Below are positions 12,444 to 24,888 of a stretch of 64,000 nt of DNA, in pieces. Made by a program: the position numbers and the translations under genes. The stretch lies in assembly GCA_010015805.1 (NCBI GenBank), contig ML978131.1, forward strand, positions 1 to 64,000. The letters run 5' to 3'. Within the stretch, counting starts at the first letter, position 1, and the number at the start of each line of letters is the position of its first letter. The notes below the pieces were generated by a model. That model saw nothing but the letters and a program-made list of their open reading frames with translations. It was not told where the DNA came from and ran no database searches. Origin of the DNA: Rhizodiscina lignyota. Taxonomy: Eukaryota.

Positions 12444-14353
12444 ATGAGCGACCCTCGACGGCAGCCTTCTAAGAGCGCAGAATCACACTCCTTCCCTCTC
12501 GCTCCATCACCCACTATGGCTCCTCCACAGGAGCCTCTCCTCTCTGGCCGCCCCTCCTCCGACGTCTCCAACGATAACAACCTGGCAGAAGAAGACGCTC
12601 TACTCACCGGTGAGCGTCAACAGCGTCCAAGCGGCCCACCGTCACGATGGCAACGTTGGAAAGATATTGGACTCTTCGCTTGGGCGCTGGTCGCGACGGC
12701 TGTTGTCATCATACTGGCCGTGGTGTACCAAAAGCAGAACAGTGAGAACGGTAGCTCGGGATCCAATCCCACCGGCAAGAGGAACTTGATATTCATGGTC
12801 AGCGATGGAATGGGACCAACAAGCTTGTCTATGACAAGAAGCTATAGGCAGTTCGAAGCGGGATTGCCGTATGATTCGAAACTGACGCTCGACTGGCATA
12901 TGATCGGCCAGAGCCGAACCAGGAGCACATCGAGTCTGGTCACCGATTCTGCAGCAGGCGCCACTGCGTTCAGCTGTGGTAAGAAGAGTTACAACGGCGC
13001 AATCTCTGTTCTGGATGACCATACACCCTGTGGCACAGTGCTCGAAGCTGCAAAGAAGGCTGGTTATATGACGGGTCTGGTTGTCACGACCCGGATCACC
13101 GACGCTACACCTGCCTGCTTCGCTGCACACGTCAATATGCGCAGCGAGGAAGACAGAATCGCAGAGCAAATGGTCGGCGCCATCCATCCTCTCGGCCGTG
13201 TCCTCGATCTCATGATTGGTGGCGGACGATGCCACTTCCTCCCAAATACCACCGATGGGTCTTGCCGTGCCGACGATACGGACGTCGTTGCATTGTCAAA
13301 GAAGGACGGCTGGAATTACATTGATACGCGCAAGGACTTCGACGGCCTGAAACTTGGCAGTGAGGTTGAACTGCCGCTGCTTGGCCTCGTCGCGGACCAC
13401 GATATCCCGTATGAAGTTGATCGAGCACAGGAGAATGAGAACTATCCCTCGCTCGATGAAATGGCGCGCACGGCAATGAAAGCGCTCTCTGCAGCGACGA
13501 AGAACAGCGATAAGGGCTTCTTCCTCATGATCGAGGGTTCGCGTATCGACCATGCCGGCCATGCGAATGATCCTGTCGCTCAAGTGCACGAAGTGCTTGC
13601 ATATGATCAGGCGTTTTCTTCTGTACTAGAGTTCCTTGAGAAAGACGACGTCCCCGGCGTCATGGTCTCCACCTCCGATCATGAGACTGGTGGTCTCGCC
13701 GCCGCACGACAGCTTACCGCAGCTTACCCGGAGTACCTGTGGTTCCCTGGTGTGCTTGCTAATGCATCAAGGAGTTCGGCGTGGCTGACGGAGCAGTATT
13801 ATACGCACTTGGATCACGCCGCCAAAGGAGATATGAGTGCATACATCAAGAAGCAGCTCAAGACTGGTCTCGGCGTTGAGGATGCAAGCGACGATGAGAT
13901 CAAGAAATTGGTCGACAATCCCGAGACTGCTGCATACCAGTTCGCCGATATCATTTCAAGGAGGGCGCAGACGGGATGGTCAACACATGGCCACTCTGGT
14001 AAGTCCTTTCTACCTCCTCTCATTGTCTTCATAAGATATACTGATGTGAATTAGCTGCGGACGTGAACATCTACACCTCTGACCCCCATGCCGCCGCACC
14101 CCTTATCGGCAACCACGAGAACACATACGTCGGCGAATTCCTGCGCAACTACCTCTCCGTCGATGTCGAGTCCATCACACAGGAACTGAAAGACAAGGGC
14201 ATCAAGCTCAATTCAGTGGATGCGAGTGGCAACGAGGTCAGCTGGCTTGGAAAGATGCCGGAGAAGGACGAGAGATTGGACGGACAGGACCATTTGCAGC
14301 ATTATGATGGGAACTTTAAGAAGAGACATGTCGGCTGCGACTGTGGGTTGTGA
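12444..14353 (+). CDS. pho8: alkaline phosphatase, Pho8-like, type II membrane anchored
   Basis: join(12444..13998,14055..14353). Motifs FMVSDGMG, the catalytic-Ser motif VTDSAAGATA, TDATPA, IEGSRIDHAGH, SDHETGG and THGHS|AADVNIY. One N-terminal TM helix. Confidence 0.93.
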
Positions 14354-14734
14354 TTTAGGACTGAAGCGTTCGAGCGGTTAGCGATTGCTTTGCAACATTT
14401 CGAGACTTGTATTAGTGTACGGAGTACTGCACGGCGTATAGATGGGGCATGGCGTTTTGGGATAGATGGCCAGCGAAATGTCTGGAAACGTCTTGGTTTA
14501 GGAGCAAGACTTTTGATACGTTAATATCCATTTGTTGTTTTGGAGTCGAACTTGTGTCGTTGCTAGTGCCGAGATAAATGTCAGGCTGTGTAAATGTGCC
14601 AACGCGTATTCAACAGTCGAAGTTGAGCGAGTTCGGGTGACGATCGAAGTGGTTTCTGTTCTTGGTCTAACCGTTGATGCCTGACCATTTAATCATGCGG
14701 AGACGTCCTTTGGGTCTATCGGGGCCTTCTCTGC

Positions 14735-14833
14735 GCGTGGGTAGAAACAACTGAACGTGGGTAGAAATAGCTGAGCATGAGTTGAGCATGGGTGGAAATA
14801 GCTGAGCGTGGGACAGAGCTGAGCATAGGTAGA
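14735..14833. repeat. degenerate ~21-bp intergenic minisatellite
   Basis: Repeated gcgtgggtagaaa(c/t)a(a/g)ctga(a/g)c units between two convergent gene ends. Confidence 0.7.
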
Positions 14834-15038
14834 TTCTATCGTAGTTGTCGGTGTGAAGGGTACAATCTACCTATTCCGAGCTATAAGCCGCAAAGTGATC
14901 GCATGAATTTGTCCTCTCATTAATAAAGAGACTACATAGGTATGTGCTACGGTAAGAACCGAGATAGAGGGATCTGGAGGACAACGCCATCGCGCGACCG
15001 CGGAAATCATTCAACGCTGCTGACGAGAATGCGCCAAT

Positions 15039-16559
15039 TTAGTATTTGCAGCGACCACAATATCCGCAACCCTCTGCAGAACAAGCCGTGTAGTCCCCTT
15101 CGAAACTATCCTCGTCAGAAGCATCCTCCTCCGAGAGATTGGGATTGAACCGCTCGTCCTCATAATGTTCGGCTCCGCTATCCGCGGCTTCAGACTCAGG
15201 AGACTCATTGCCAATCCACCGCACCTTCATCTCTAAAGGCAGCGCGTCAACGCCATCACCGGCTTGATTTCGGATTTCAAGTTCGTCTCCATCGTCTCCA
15301 ATTGGTGGCCTGTTGATCTCCAGCTTGACGCCTTCACCTTCTGCTCTGGCAAACTCAACGATCTTGTGGATTAGGACGACAAGTCTCTTCAGCTCATCTG
15401 CATGACTCTCTTCCCATTCTTTCACATCTTCTTGCACGTCCTGTTCACGGATATCGTGGAAGATGCCGTGATCGTTGTATCCTAGCACAACGTTGGATAT
15501 CTGTTTTACCCACAGGACTGGAAGCATGTCTCCCATATCGATGGGGCGACCAGCCCAGCGAGTCTTGATGTCAAAGACCGACGACTGTGGGATGGGCTCC
15601 CCAGCGACCATCACTTGAAGCGGCTTGTTGGAAGTGGATGAACTCTGGCTCGACTTGATACCGAAAGCATCCAGATCTTGCAAAGCGTTGGACATCTCAT
15701 TTTCGCCATGCAAGCGCAAGGGCTTCTTTGATTGCTGCCCCGGTACTCTCTCTAACAGAAGCTTCATAAGCACTTGTCTTGTTAGCGTCGATGGGCTCAA
15801 ACGTACGCTTGTAATATCCATCGGATTCGAACCGAACAAGGAACTTGAGCCCGCCAAAACTGTACTGCACCAAGCGCTGGTGCGATTCGGAGCCCTTCAC
15901 ATCGGGTTCCCAGCTGGTATAGTTCTCTGGAAACGTGTGACCATAGCCTCTTACGTCTTGAAGGAGTTCACTCGGTGAATTTTCTTTGCGGACGAAGAAG
16001 ACCGTGTTGCCGACGACCTCAACGTTGAATCTGAACGTTCGATCGAATCTACGAGCAAATCGAAGAAGGTTCCCCATGGTACTTCCACATGCGAAGACAT
16101 CAATATCTTGCGTTGGGAACTGAGGCTGTTGCGTGAGCAGTGCTTGCACAGCAGGCTCAGTGGGATGATCTGGGTGTCGGGCTGCGTTCGGATCTCTGAA
16201 ATACTGTCCAGAGTCCGGAGGGAGTCTAGCAGGTTCTTAGAGGGGTGTCCACGCAGGAGGCTTTCCTAATTGAAAGAAAACATCAGTAAGATGCGACTAT
16301 AAGACGGGACGTTGTTCTCACCCGGCACTAGGATCGTTGGAGAGCTCTTCGAAATCCATGAATATGAGGCGGCGTATTCGCACTCTGAAATTTTCGGTAT
16401 CTGAGAATCAGAACGTTCGCCATCCAGTTCGACTTGGGCAATGGTCATTAACAAAGGCCCGAACGGCGGAGGCGGTGTCTGCTGAGGAGGTCTTTGTGGA
16501 GTCTGTAGACGCCCCCGCGAGGCTCTCCGGCCTGATGGCCATCCTCTCCGACCATACAT
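15039..16559 (-). pseudogene. RAI1/DXO-like (PD-(D/E)XK fold) protein of the fungal family often labelled 'geranylgeranyl pyrophosphate synthetase'-like; carries an in-frame TAA
   Basis: Exon 16559..16322, intron 16321..16266. Exon 2 reads GKPPAWTPL*EPARLPPDSGQYFRDPNAARHP, with TAA at 16239-16237. The later frame change fits an intron with donor GTACGT at 15806, branch GCTAAC and acceptor at 15773 or 15752. Motifs RGYGHTFPE, VRFESDGY, FDIKTR, LWVKQ..VVLG and C-terminal CSAEGCGYCGRC. Confidence 0.65.
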
Positions 16560-16986
16560 GACAAGAACTTCAAATGATTGAAATGCTGAATACAGTGAAC
16601 TGGATTTAGTTGAATTTTCGGAAAAGGGGGAGAAGATTTCAGAAAGTGAAGCCTGTCTTTCGATTGCTCCTTTTGTTCACCGGCAAACGCAGCCCATGGA
16701 AAGTGTATGCACTTTTGCCGCTTCAGTCAAGCTGCAGCTCTCTTGCAGTTAATTGTTACACAAGCACGAGCGCCCCTCCCGAGACACTTCAGCACTGCAT
16801 ATTTCAAAATCTGTCTTCCGTAACTACCAAGACAACCGTTGCAAACGACTTAGTGGTCTACTTGCTTCTCAAAAGACCGCAGTTTTCTGTCTTCAAATTT
16901 CCAATGTTGTTCTATCTCCTTGATTTCTAGTCAGAAGCTAAGCGATTCCTCTGCATCGTAAGTCTATATTTTGCAAACGAATATCA

Positions 16987-19900
16987 ATGACAGATAACAT
17001 CTTGAAGATGCCACAGAGCTCTACTCTAGATCGCGGTCGTCTTGAGTTCCTTGACAGGTTCTTCACTCTTGTATTGCATGGAAAGAGAACGGTTTCGGAC
17101 CCCCGAAACGCTAAACTATATATTGAAGCTATTTGCAGCCAGACCGACCCACTGATATGCACTGAAAGGCTCAATGCAAGCTCGGCAGCATTGAGCGCAT
17201 TGCACAAGAGCGTAACCTACGATTTGTCTCCAAAATTTCTCAATAGCAGTGTCGCTGAACTGCTGGGGTTCCTTTCCAGTCCGTCTCTCAGATCCGTCTG
17301 CAACGGCCAGTTTCTGCGCCGTATTCTATCATGCATCGTCGATCCACCTACACTTTGGAATGCCTTACTTCAGGCCCAGACTGAACGCAAGTTAGAGAGA
17401 CACGCCATTCAACGTCTCGCATGGCTTGTCTGGCAGCTTCTGTGCTTTGGGGATTGCGGACCGGATAGCCTCGAAGATACGGCGCAAACCCTCACCAAGC
17501 AAGAGGTTTTCATCAGTAGTCCCGATGACGAAACGAAAGATCTCGGGCGGAAGATCAAAGAGATCCTCTCGATCACTTCAACGCCAACGGCGAAGAACGA
17601 TGATGGGTACAGGCCTGGCGGTCGGCATGACAATGATTTTGAGGATTTCCGGAAGATTGCAATCCTCCCGACACCAGACGAGCTGGCATCGACAGAGAAA
17701 TCGTTCTATCGAAGAATGATCGATGTTGCCGACGTAGAGCCAGACCGCCGTATCGCGACGCACCTTGACAACCAGTTCCGCCTCCTTAGAGAGGACATGC
17801 TAAAGGAGCTGAGAGACGGTATCCAGAACGCCCTTGGAAATGCAAAGCGTAGGCGAAGGCCTATTGTGTTTGATGGTCTTTCCCTAGTAGGCATTGACTG
17901 TGGCACTGACGCAAGACGTAAGCTCTGTGGACTAGCATTGCAACTGCAAAACGACCTCCCGCAGCTAAGTGCAGTTCTCACGGCGCAGCCAAGCGTAGTT
18001 CCCACGGCGCAGCCAAGCACATTTCCCACAGCGCGGCGAAAGGCATTCCTTAAAGCAAATCCCGATCTATTTCGCCATGAATCTTTCGGTTGTTTGATGA
18101 AAGATTCCGAGATTGTTGCATTTGGTCAGATTGACAGAAACGAAGATCAACTTGCTCGAATTCCTCCTATCATTACGCTCCAAATAGCGAGCGAATCAGC
18201 ATTTGAGAGAGCTTTACTTCGGTGCAAAGCAAAGGGGGGCCTCAAATTCATGCAAGTCGATACACCAATGTTCGCTTACCAACCTATCTTGGAATGCTTG
18301 CAATCTAAGACCGAAATGTCGCTGACTGAAGAGCTATTCTCCGACACGGCCGGTGGAGAATCATCAGTGAAGCCGCACGCTCTCTTGGATAGGATCAAGC
18401 ATCGCGACGGTGACGATCTTAAGGCTACCTTGGCTACTGACAAGTCCATTATCCTTGATAAATCGCAGCTGGATTCGTTGGTTCATGGCTTGACCCGGTC
18501 TCTCAGCTTGATACAAGGGCCTCCTGGTACGCTTTCTAACTGATAGTTCTATCAAACATGCTCACCCGTTACAGGAACCGGAAAGTCTTTCATCGGAGCG
18601 CTAATTGCCAAGGCTTTGATCAATCACACCTCAGAAACACTCCTTGTTCTTTGCTACACGAATCACGCAGTCGACCAATATATGGAGGACCTCATGGACA
18701 TCGGCATACCATCTGACATAATGGTTCGTCTGGGCAACCCAAAGAAGTGTTCCGCAAGAACAGAGTCACTGCTTCTTTTCCCGCAGTCTGGCAACTTCAA
18801 CAATTTCAGTGCAGCGACATGGAAAGCTGTTAAGAAACTCAAAGAGGAAGTTCGCGGCTTGGAAGGAGAGATCAAGAATCTTGTACACGCTTATGAGAGC
18901 GCATCACCCAGATACGCGGACATAATGCAACTGCTTGAATTTTCGGAAGACGATTCCGACTTCTTCGACGCTTTTACAAATCCTGTGGAGGTCGATGGTA
19001 TGGAGATTGTCGGCTCTGGAGGAAGATCCGTGGCCGCCTCTTATCTCTTTGACAGGTGGAAGGATGGTCGAGACGCAGGAGTTTTCGAAGCCCAAGCAAT
19101 GGATTCCCATGCTGAAATATGGACAATGAGTGCTGCTGAGCGCCACACTCTCCACGAAAAATGGATCTCGGAGCTGTTGCGGCAAAGAGTCGAAGCTATT
19201 GGACTTCTGGTCAAAAAATACAATGTTTCTGAGCGCCAGCTGAGGAACGTCTTTCGCGAGAAGACCCGTTCGGCCTTGAAGCAAAAGCGAATCATCGGGT
19301 GCACGACAACATTTGCGGCAAAGTATACCCAGGATATTCAAGCAGCATCGCCGGGAGTCCTGATTGTTGAAGAGGCTGGGGAAATCCTCGAAAGTCATGT
19401 TTTGACGGCATTAAGTGCCAACACGAAGCAGGTTGTCCTAATTGGCGATCACAAGCAGCTCCGGCCAAAGGTCAACAATTACGCACTCATGGTGCAACAG
19501 GGAGACGGATTCAACTTGAACCAATCCTTGTTCGAACGATTGGTGCTCTCCGGTGTACCTCATACAACACTTCAGAAGCAGCATCGTATGTGTCCTGAGA
19601 TCTCAAGCCTCGTGCGAAACTTGACCTATCCGGACCTCGCCGATGCGCCTGGTACTGCAAATCGGCCTCCACTACGAGGGTTTCAAAATAGACTTGTCTT
19701 TGTCAACCATAATCAGCTTGAGTTCGAAGCCACTCAGATAGCAGAGAAGAGAGATCCAAGCGCAAAATCGAGTAAGCAAAACGTATTTGAGGCTGATATG
19801 GTTCTCAAATGCGTTAAATACCTTGGGCAACAAGGCTATGGTACCGACGACATTGTCATCCTTACCCCTTATCTTGGTCAACTTTACCTCCTCCGAACAA

Positions 19901-22900
19901 CATTGAGCGAGACCAACGATCCCGTGTTGAACGATCTTGACACCTTTGACTTGGTTCAGGCGGGATTGCTCCCTGCAGCAAGTGCTTCTGGGCCAAAGAG
20001 ACGTATTAAGCTCTCCACAATCGGTATGTGCTCCATCTTAACCCCTTCATCCATGGTTATTAACGTTAAATTCCTCTATAGACAATTATCAAGGTGAAGA
20101 AAGCGATATTGTTGTGGTCTCTCTTGTTCGCAGCAATTCCAAAGGCGAAATCGGCTTCATGTCCGAACCCGAACGAATCAATGTCATGCTCTCTCGAGCT
20201 CGGAACGCATTGATCATGCTGGGGAATGCGGATACGTTTATGAAAAGCCGAAAGGGCAAGACGTGGAAACTGCTGATGGATCAATTGAAGCATGATGGTA
20301 GTGTATATGATGGCATTCCTGTGAAGTGCGAACGGCATCCGGATCGCAAGGCGGTTCTCCAGAAGCCAGAAGATTTCCACAGCCTATGTCCCGATGGTGG
20401 TTGTTTAGAGCCTTGGTGAGTTTTGCAGTACAATTTTGTGAACGTAGCTAACCATTGGAACAGCGGCGTGGACTTGAACTGCGGGGATCACGTATGTCCA
20501 CATAAATGTCATCAGCTCCATGATCATTCCAGCATGGAATGCAGGCGAATCATCAACGTGGTATGTACAAAAGGCCACAAGAGCTCTACGAATTGCTTCC
20601 GCAAAAAGAAACAATGCTCAAAGTGCGAGCAAGAAGCAAGGGATCTAGCAAGGCGTGTGAAGCGAGACCATGACCTTGAGATGGAACGAGAAAGAATCCA
20701 GGATCGATATGCCTTGCGATTGGCAGAGATACAGGACGAGATTGAACATGAAAAGAAACTGATGCAGAAGGAATCCGACGAGATCGCTCATCAGCAGACC
20801 ATCGAGCAAACTAAACAAGAACTCGCTGATCTAAGGGCAGCTAGAATAAGGGCAGAAACGGCAAAAGCGGAGAGGGATAAATCGGCAAATTCAGTCCAGC
20901 AGAGCCCTGCCAGTGGAGAATCTGGCACCAAGTATACCACTTCTAGCGCGCAACACTCGAAGCTTCCATCCAGCTCCGCAAGAGAGGAGTGGGAGCACGA
21001 AAAGAAGCTCACCGGCGCTAGCAATGATGCACTTGATGCATTGATGAAAATGATCGGCTTAGAGGACGTCAAGGAGCAATTCTTAATCACGAAAGAAAAA
21101 GTCGACTTAGTAGTGAGACAAGGCGCGTCCTTGAATGATGAACGATTCAGTGCGGCATTGCTAGGCAATCCGGGTACTGGTATGTCGCTCTTGAATCGAT
21201 TCGGTGGCAGAAGCTAACATAGAAAGGCAAAACGACCGTCGCTCGTCTATACGGGAAATTCCTTTGCTCGGTTGGCGTCCTGCCAGGCAACCATTTCATC
21301 GAGACATCCGGGTCGAAGTTGGCGAATGCCGGGGTCAGTGGCTGTGAGAAGCATTTGGAGGAAATCAAAAATCGCGGTGGCGGTGTGCTCTTCATCGACG
21401 AAGCGTATCAACTGGTGTCTGGCAGCAGCCATGGCGGCAAGGCTGTATTGGACTTTCTCCTTGCTGAAATCGAGAACTTGGTTGGCAAAGTGGTCTTCAT
21501 GTTCGCCGGCTACGAGAAGCAAATGGAAGATTTCTTCGCACACAACCCTGGGATCCCGAGCAGAGTCCCATATCAGTTTCGATTCCAGGACTACGACGAC
21601 GCTCAACTACTACAGATACTGGAGTCACGCATCCATGACAAGTACAAGGGCGGTATGGAAGTCGAGGGTGGCCCTGGTGGACTCTACCTCCGAATCGTTG
21701 CCCGACGTATTGGTACTGGCCGCGGCCGCGAAGGCTTTGGCAATGCTCGCGCTGTCCACAATACATTCTCTCAGATTGCGGACCGACAGGCGAGGCGAAT
21801 CCGAAAGGCGAAGAAATCTGGCACAAATTCCAACGTTAATCTTTTTACGAAGGAGGATCTCATCGGCCCAGAGCCAAGCGACGTACTCAAAGACAATGCG
21901 GCCTGGAAGGAGCTCCAAAATCTCATTGGGCTGAAGTCTGTCAAAGACTCTATCAAAGCGCTGCTCAGCACGCTTCAGACAAACTACCAGATGGAGCTTG
22001 AGGAAAAGCCGTATATCGAGACTTCCCTGAATCGAGTATTTCTTGGCTCACCTGGAACTGGCAAGACTTCTGTCGCCAAGCTATATGGTCAGGTTCTTGC
22101 TGATATTGGTTTCCTCTCGAATGGAGAAGGTGAGATCATTAGAATGCTGCCGTTGCAACATATACTGACACTTTTACAGTTATCGTGAAGAATCCCGCAG
22201 ACTTTGTTGGAAATGTACTAGGCCAGTCCGAAGCAAATACCAAAGCTATCCTGGCTGCTACAGTAGGCAAAGTTCTCGTAATCGACGAAGCATATATGCT
22301 ATATCAGTCTCCCCGCATGGGAACCAATAGTGGCGTGGATCTGTTCAGTGGTAAAGTCATCGATACGATTGTTGCTGAAGTTCAAAGCACTCCTGGAGAA
22401 GACCGATGCGTGCTTCTGCTAGGGTACAAGGATCAAATGGAAGAGATGCTTCAGAACGTCAATCCAGGACTCGCGCGGCGCTTCCCGCTCTCAAACTCGT
22501 TCTATTTCGAAGATTTCAGCGAGGACGAACTGGCGCAGATCTTCGATCTGAAGTTGCGACAACAAGGCTTTAGCGTATCAAAAGATGCACACAAGGTTGC
22601 CTTGGAGATCCTTTCAAGAGCTCGCAACCAACCACATTCTGGGAATGGAGGCGAAATTGACATACTGCTTAACCGAGCCAAAGAAGCACAACAGCTGCGA
22701 ATATCAACTGGTGCCCTCCCATATACAAACGCTCTTGAGGCGCGAGACCTTGATCCGGAATTTGATCGAGCTGATCGTGCTATTACAAATTGCAGATTGC
22801 TATTCAAGGACGTTATCGGTTGTGACGCGATCGTTGCTAAATTGGAGGGGTACCAGAAGACCGCTGCGAATATGAGGAGTCTGGGTGAAGATCCTCGCGA

Positions 22901-24248
22901 AGGAATCCCTTTCAACTTTCTTTTTCGTGGCCCTCCAGGCACAGGGAAAACGACAACAGCGCGAAAGATGGGCAAGGTCTTCTTCGACATGGGATTCCTC
23001 TCAAAGGCAGAAGTCATTGAATGTTCTGCCACGGACCTCATTGGCCAGTACGTCGGGCACACTGGTCCCAAGGTACAAAAGCAGCTTGAAGGCGCCCTTG
23101 GGAAAGTCCTGTTCATCGACGAGGCTTACCGATTGGGCGGCGATGGCTTTGCAAAAGAAGCTATGGATGAACTGGTCGACGGTCTCACGAAAGTGAAGTA
23201 CGCCCAGAGACTTGTCGTTATTCTCGCTGGATACGACAAGGACATAAACAAGCTCATGGCTACGAATCCTGGGTTGACGAGCCGCTTTCCAGAGGATATT
23301 ACTTTTACCCACTTGACGCCCGAACACTGTCTGAACCTCTTCACCAATCTCCTCAGTAAGCGGCAAAAACTCGACATCACGTGCCTAGTGCAATTGCTTT
23401 CGACAGATCGAGGACGAGTCCTGGAGTATTTTAAAACCCTCTCAGAGCTTCCGAACTGGGGAAATGGTCGAGATGTGGAAACGCTTGCAAAGACTGTTTA
23501 TCGGAATGTAATGCAGTCCGTAACGATCTCAGACACCGACCCTCAGCTACAACTCTCTATGGATCTCGTCTTCACCGTTCTTAACAGAATGACAGAGGAG
23601 CGAAGAAGCCGCGCAAAGCACTCCGCCGGAGAGGACAACTCTCTTGCGAATACTCTTTTGCAATCGGCGATGCCAACCCAAATTCCGCAACCCGAAGTCA
23701 CAAGCCATACTGGCGCCGGCACAGCGACGAAAGTTGACTCGAATACGGAGGGTCCACAGGCTTCTCCTGGAGCGGAGAATGATGCGCCGGGGGTTGAAAC
23801 AGCGCCATCGCGAGATGAGGGAGTGAGCGATGAGGTGTGGCAGCAACTTCAGCAAGACATTCTCGCGGCTCAAGAACGCGATAAGGACTACGCTCAAATG
23901 ATGCACAAGCAGGAGGGGCTACAAAAGGCTACGGCGGAGACTGAATTCGAAGAGCTCAAAGAGATATCTACCAAAGAAGAACAAGATGAGGACGATGAAG
24001 ACCGCCGCCGACGTGAGCAGGAACGCCTTAAACGAGAGCAAGCGAGACGACGACGTGAGGCAGAACTGGAGGAGTTGATCAATAAGCGCAAAGCGACAGA
24101 CGAAGCGAGACGCAAAGAGGCATTGGCACAGAAAAAGCTTCGGGAGATGGGCGTTTGTTGTGCGGGATTTCGCTGGATCAAGCAGAGCTCGGGGTACAGG
24201 TGTGCAGGCGGCAGTCATTCTGTGTCTGATTCTCAGCTGGGAATGTAA
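16987..24248 (+). CDS. ZNFX1/NFX1-type Upf1-like SF1 helicase fused to NF-X1 Zn-finger, coiled coil and three CbbX/SpoVK-type AAA+ domains (~2336 aa)
   Basis: join(16987..18526,18575..20023,20082..20415,20464..21179,21227..22129,22180..24248) = 7011 nt, in frame. Helicase region: PGGRHDNDFEDFRKIAILPT, HLDNQFRLLREDM, QGPPGTGKS, VEEAGE, LIGDHKQLRP, QHRM, TPYLGQ, TIDNYQGEESD, RINVMLSRAR. Cys/His finger EPCGVDLNCGDHVCPHKCH. AAA Walker A motifs GNPGTGKT, GSPGTGKT and GPPGTGKT, each followed by (F/V)IDEAY. Confidence 0.93.
17977..18038 (+). repeat. 24-bp coding tandem repeat (LTAQPSVV/PTAQPSTF/PTARRK)
   Basis: ctcacggcgcagccaagcgtagtt cccacggcgcagccaagcacattt cccacagcgcggcg. Confidence 0.8.
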
Positions 24249-24888
24249 TGGGAAGACATGGGGAGTTATCGTTTCTTGAGCTACAGCTCACCACGGAATA
24301 TTTCGGTATCACAGTTAAAACAGAGTGGAGAATAGACGCGTCCAGAAGCATCGGAGCCTTTCAGTGCAGTTAGAATTCGATCCTAAACGAATGGATACTT
24401 AACGCTTACCAACCCGCTCCCATTTAAGTCTCCGTCTCTACTCCGTATAGAGACACGGAATACCTCCGTAGTTATTACAAACCGTTTAGACCATCGTCAA
24501 TAGGCTCCAGACGTGTCGACGAAAGTTACTCATCATAGACTTAATCAGATGCGATGTAAAGTAAACGGTGATTGAAGTCTATTGAGATCGTGACGTCGAT
24601 GCCCCAGCGTGCCACAGTGAAAGCATGGGACTACGGCTCAGAATAAATGTAGAAGATTTGAAATAAGTTAGAAAAGTTCGGAATATGTAGAGAAAGTTTT
24701 GAATCGGTAGATCCACTACAGATGTGCAGAGGTATGAGGCGGTATTTTGACCCTCGCTAAGAATTGATGCGCAGACATACCAGGAATACCCTGATTGAGT
24801 TAATCCATCTCTGGATGCTGTCCTTCTACGGGATATTCTATGTTACAGCCTGAATTTGGCCCGAAGTGGCCGGCCGTAACAGAAAGAC

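Noticed and set aside
14735..14833. CRISPR-like array
   Set aside because: Eukaryotic context; the units are degenerate and adjacent, with no unique spacers.
15697..15857. Apparent frameshift in the DXO-like gene
   Set aside because: It can be explained by an intron (GTACGT donor at 15806, GCTAAC branch; 34- or 55-nt options both restore frame), so it is not counted as a lesion.
21180..21226. Alternative TAG acceptor at 21222 giving a helicase-only isoform
   Set aside because: The TAG is only ~4 nt from the branch site and probably too close. The AAG at 21226 restores the Walker A motif. No support without RNA data.
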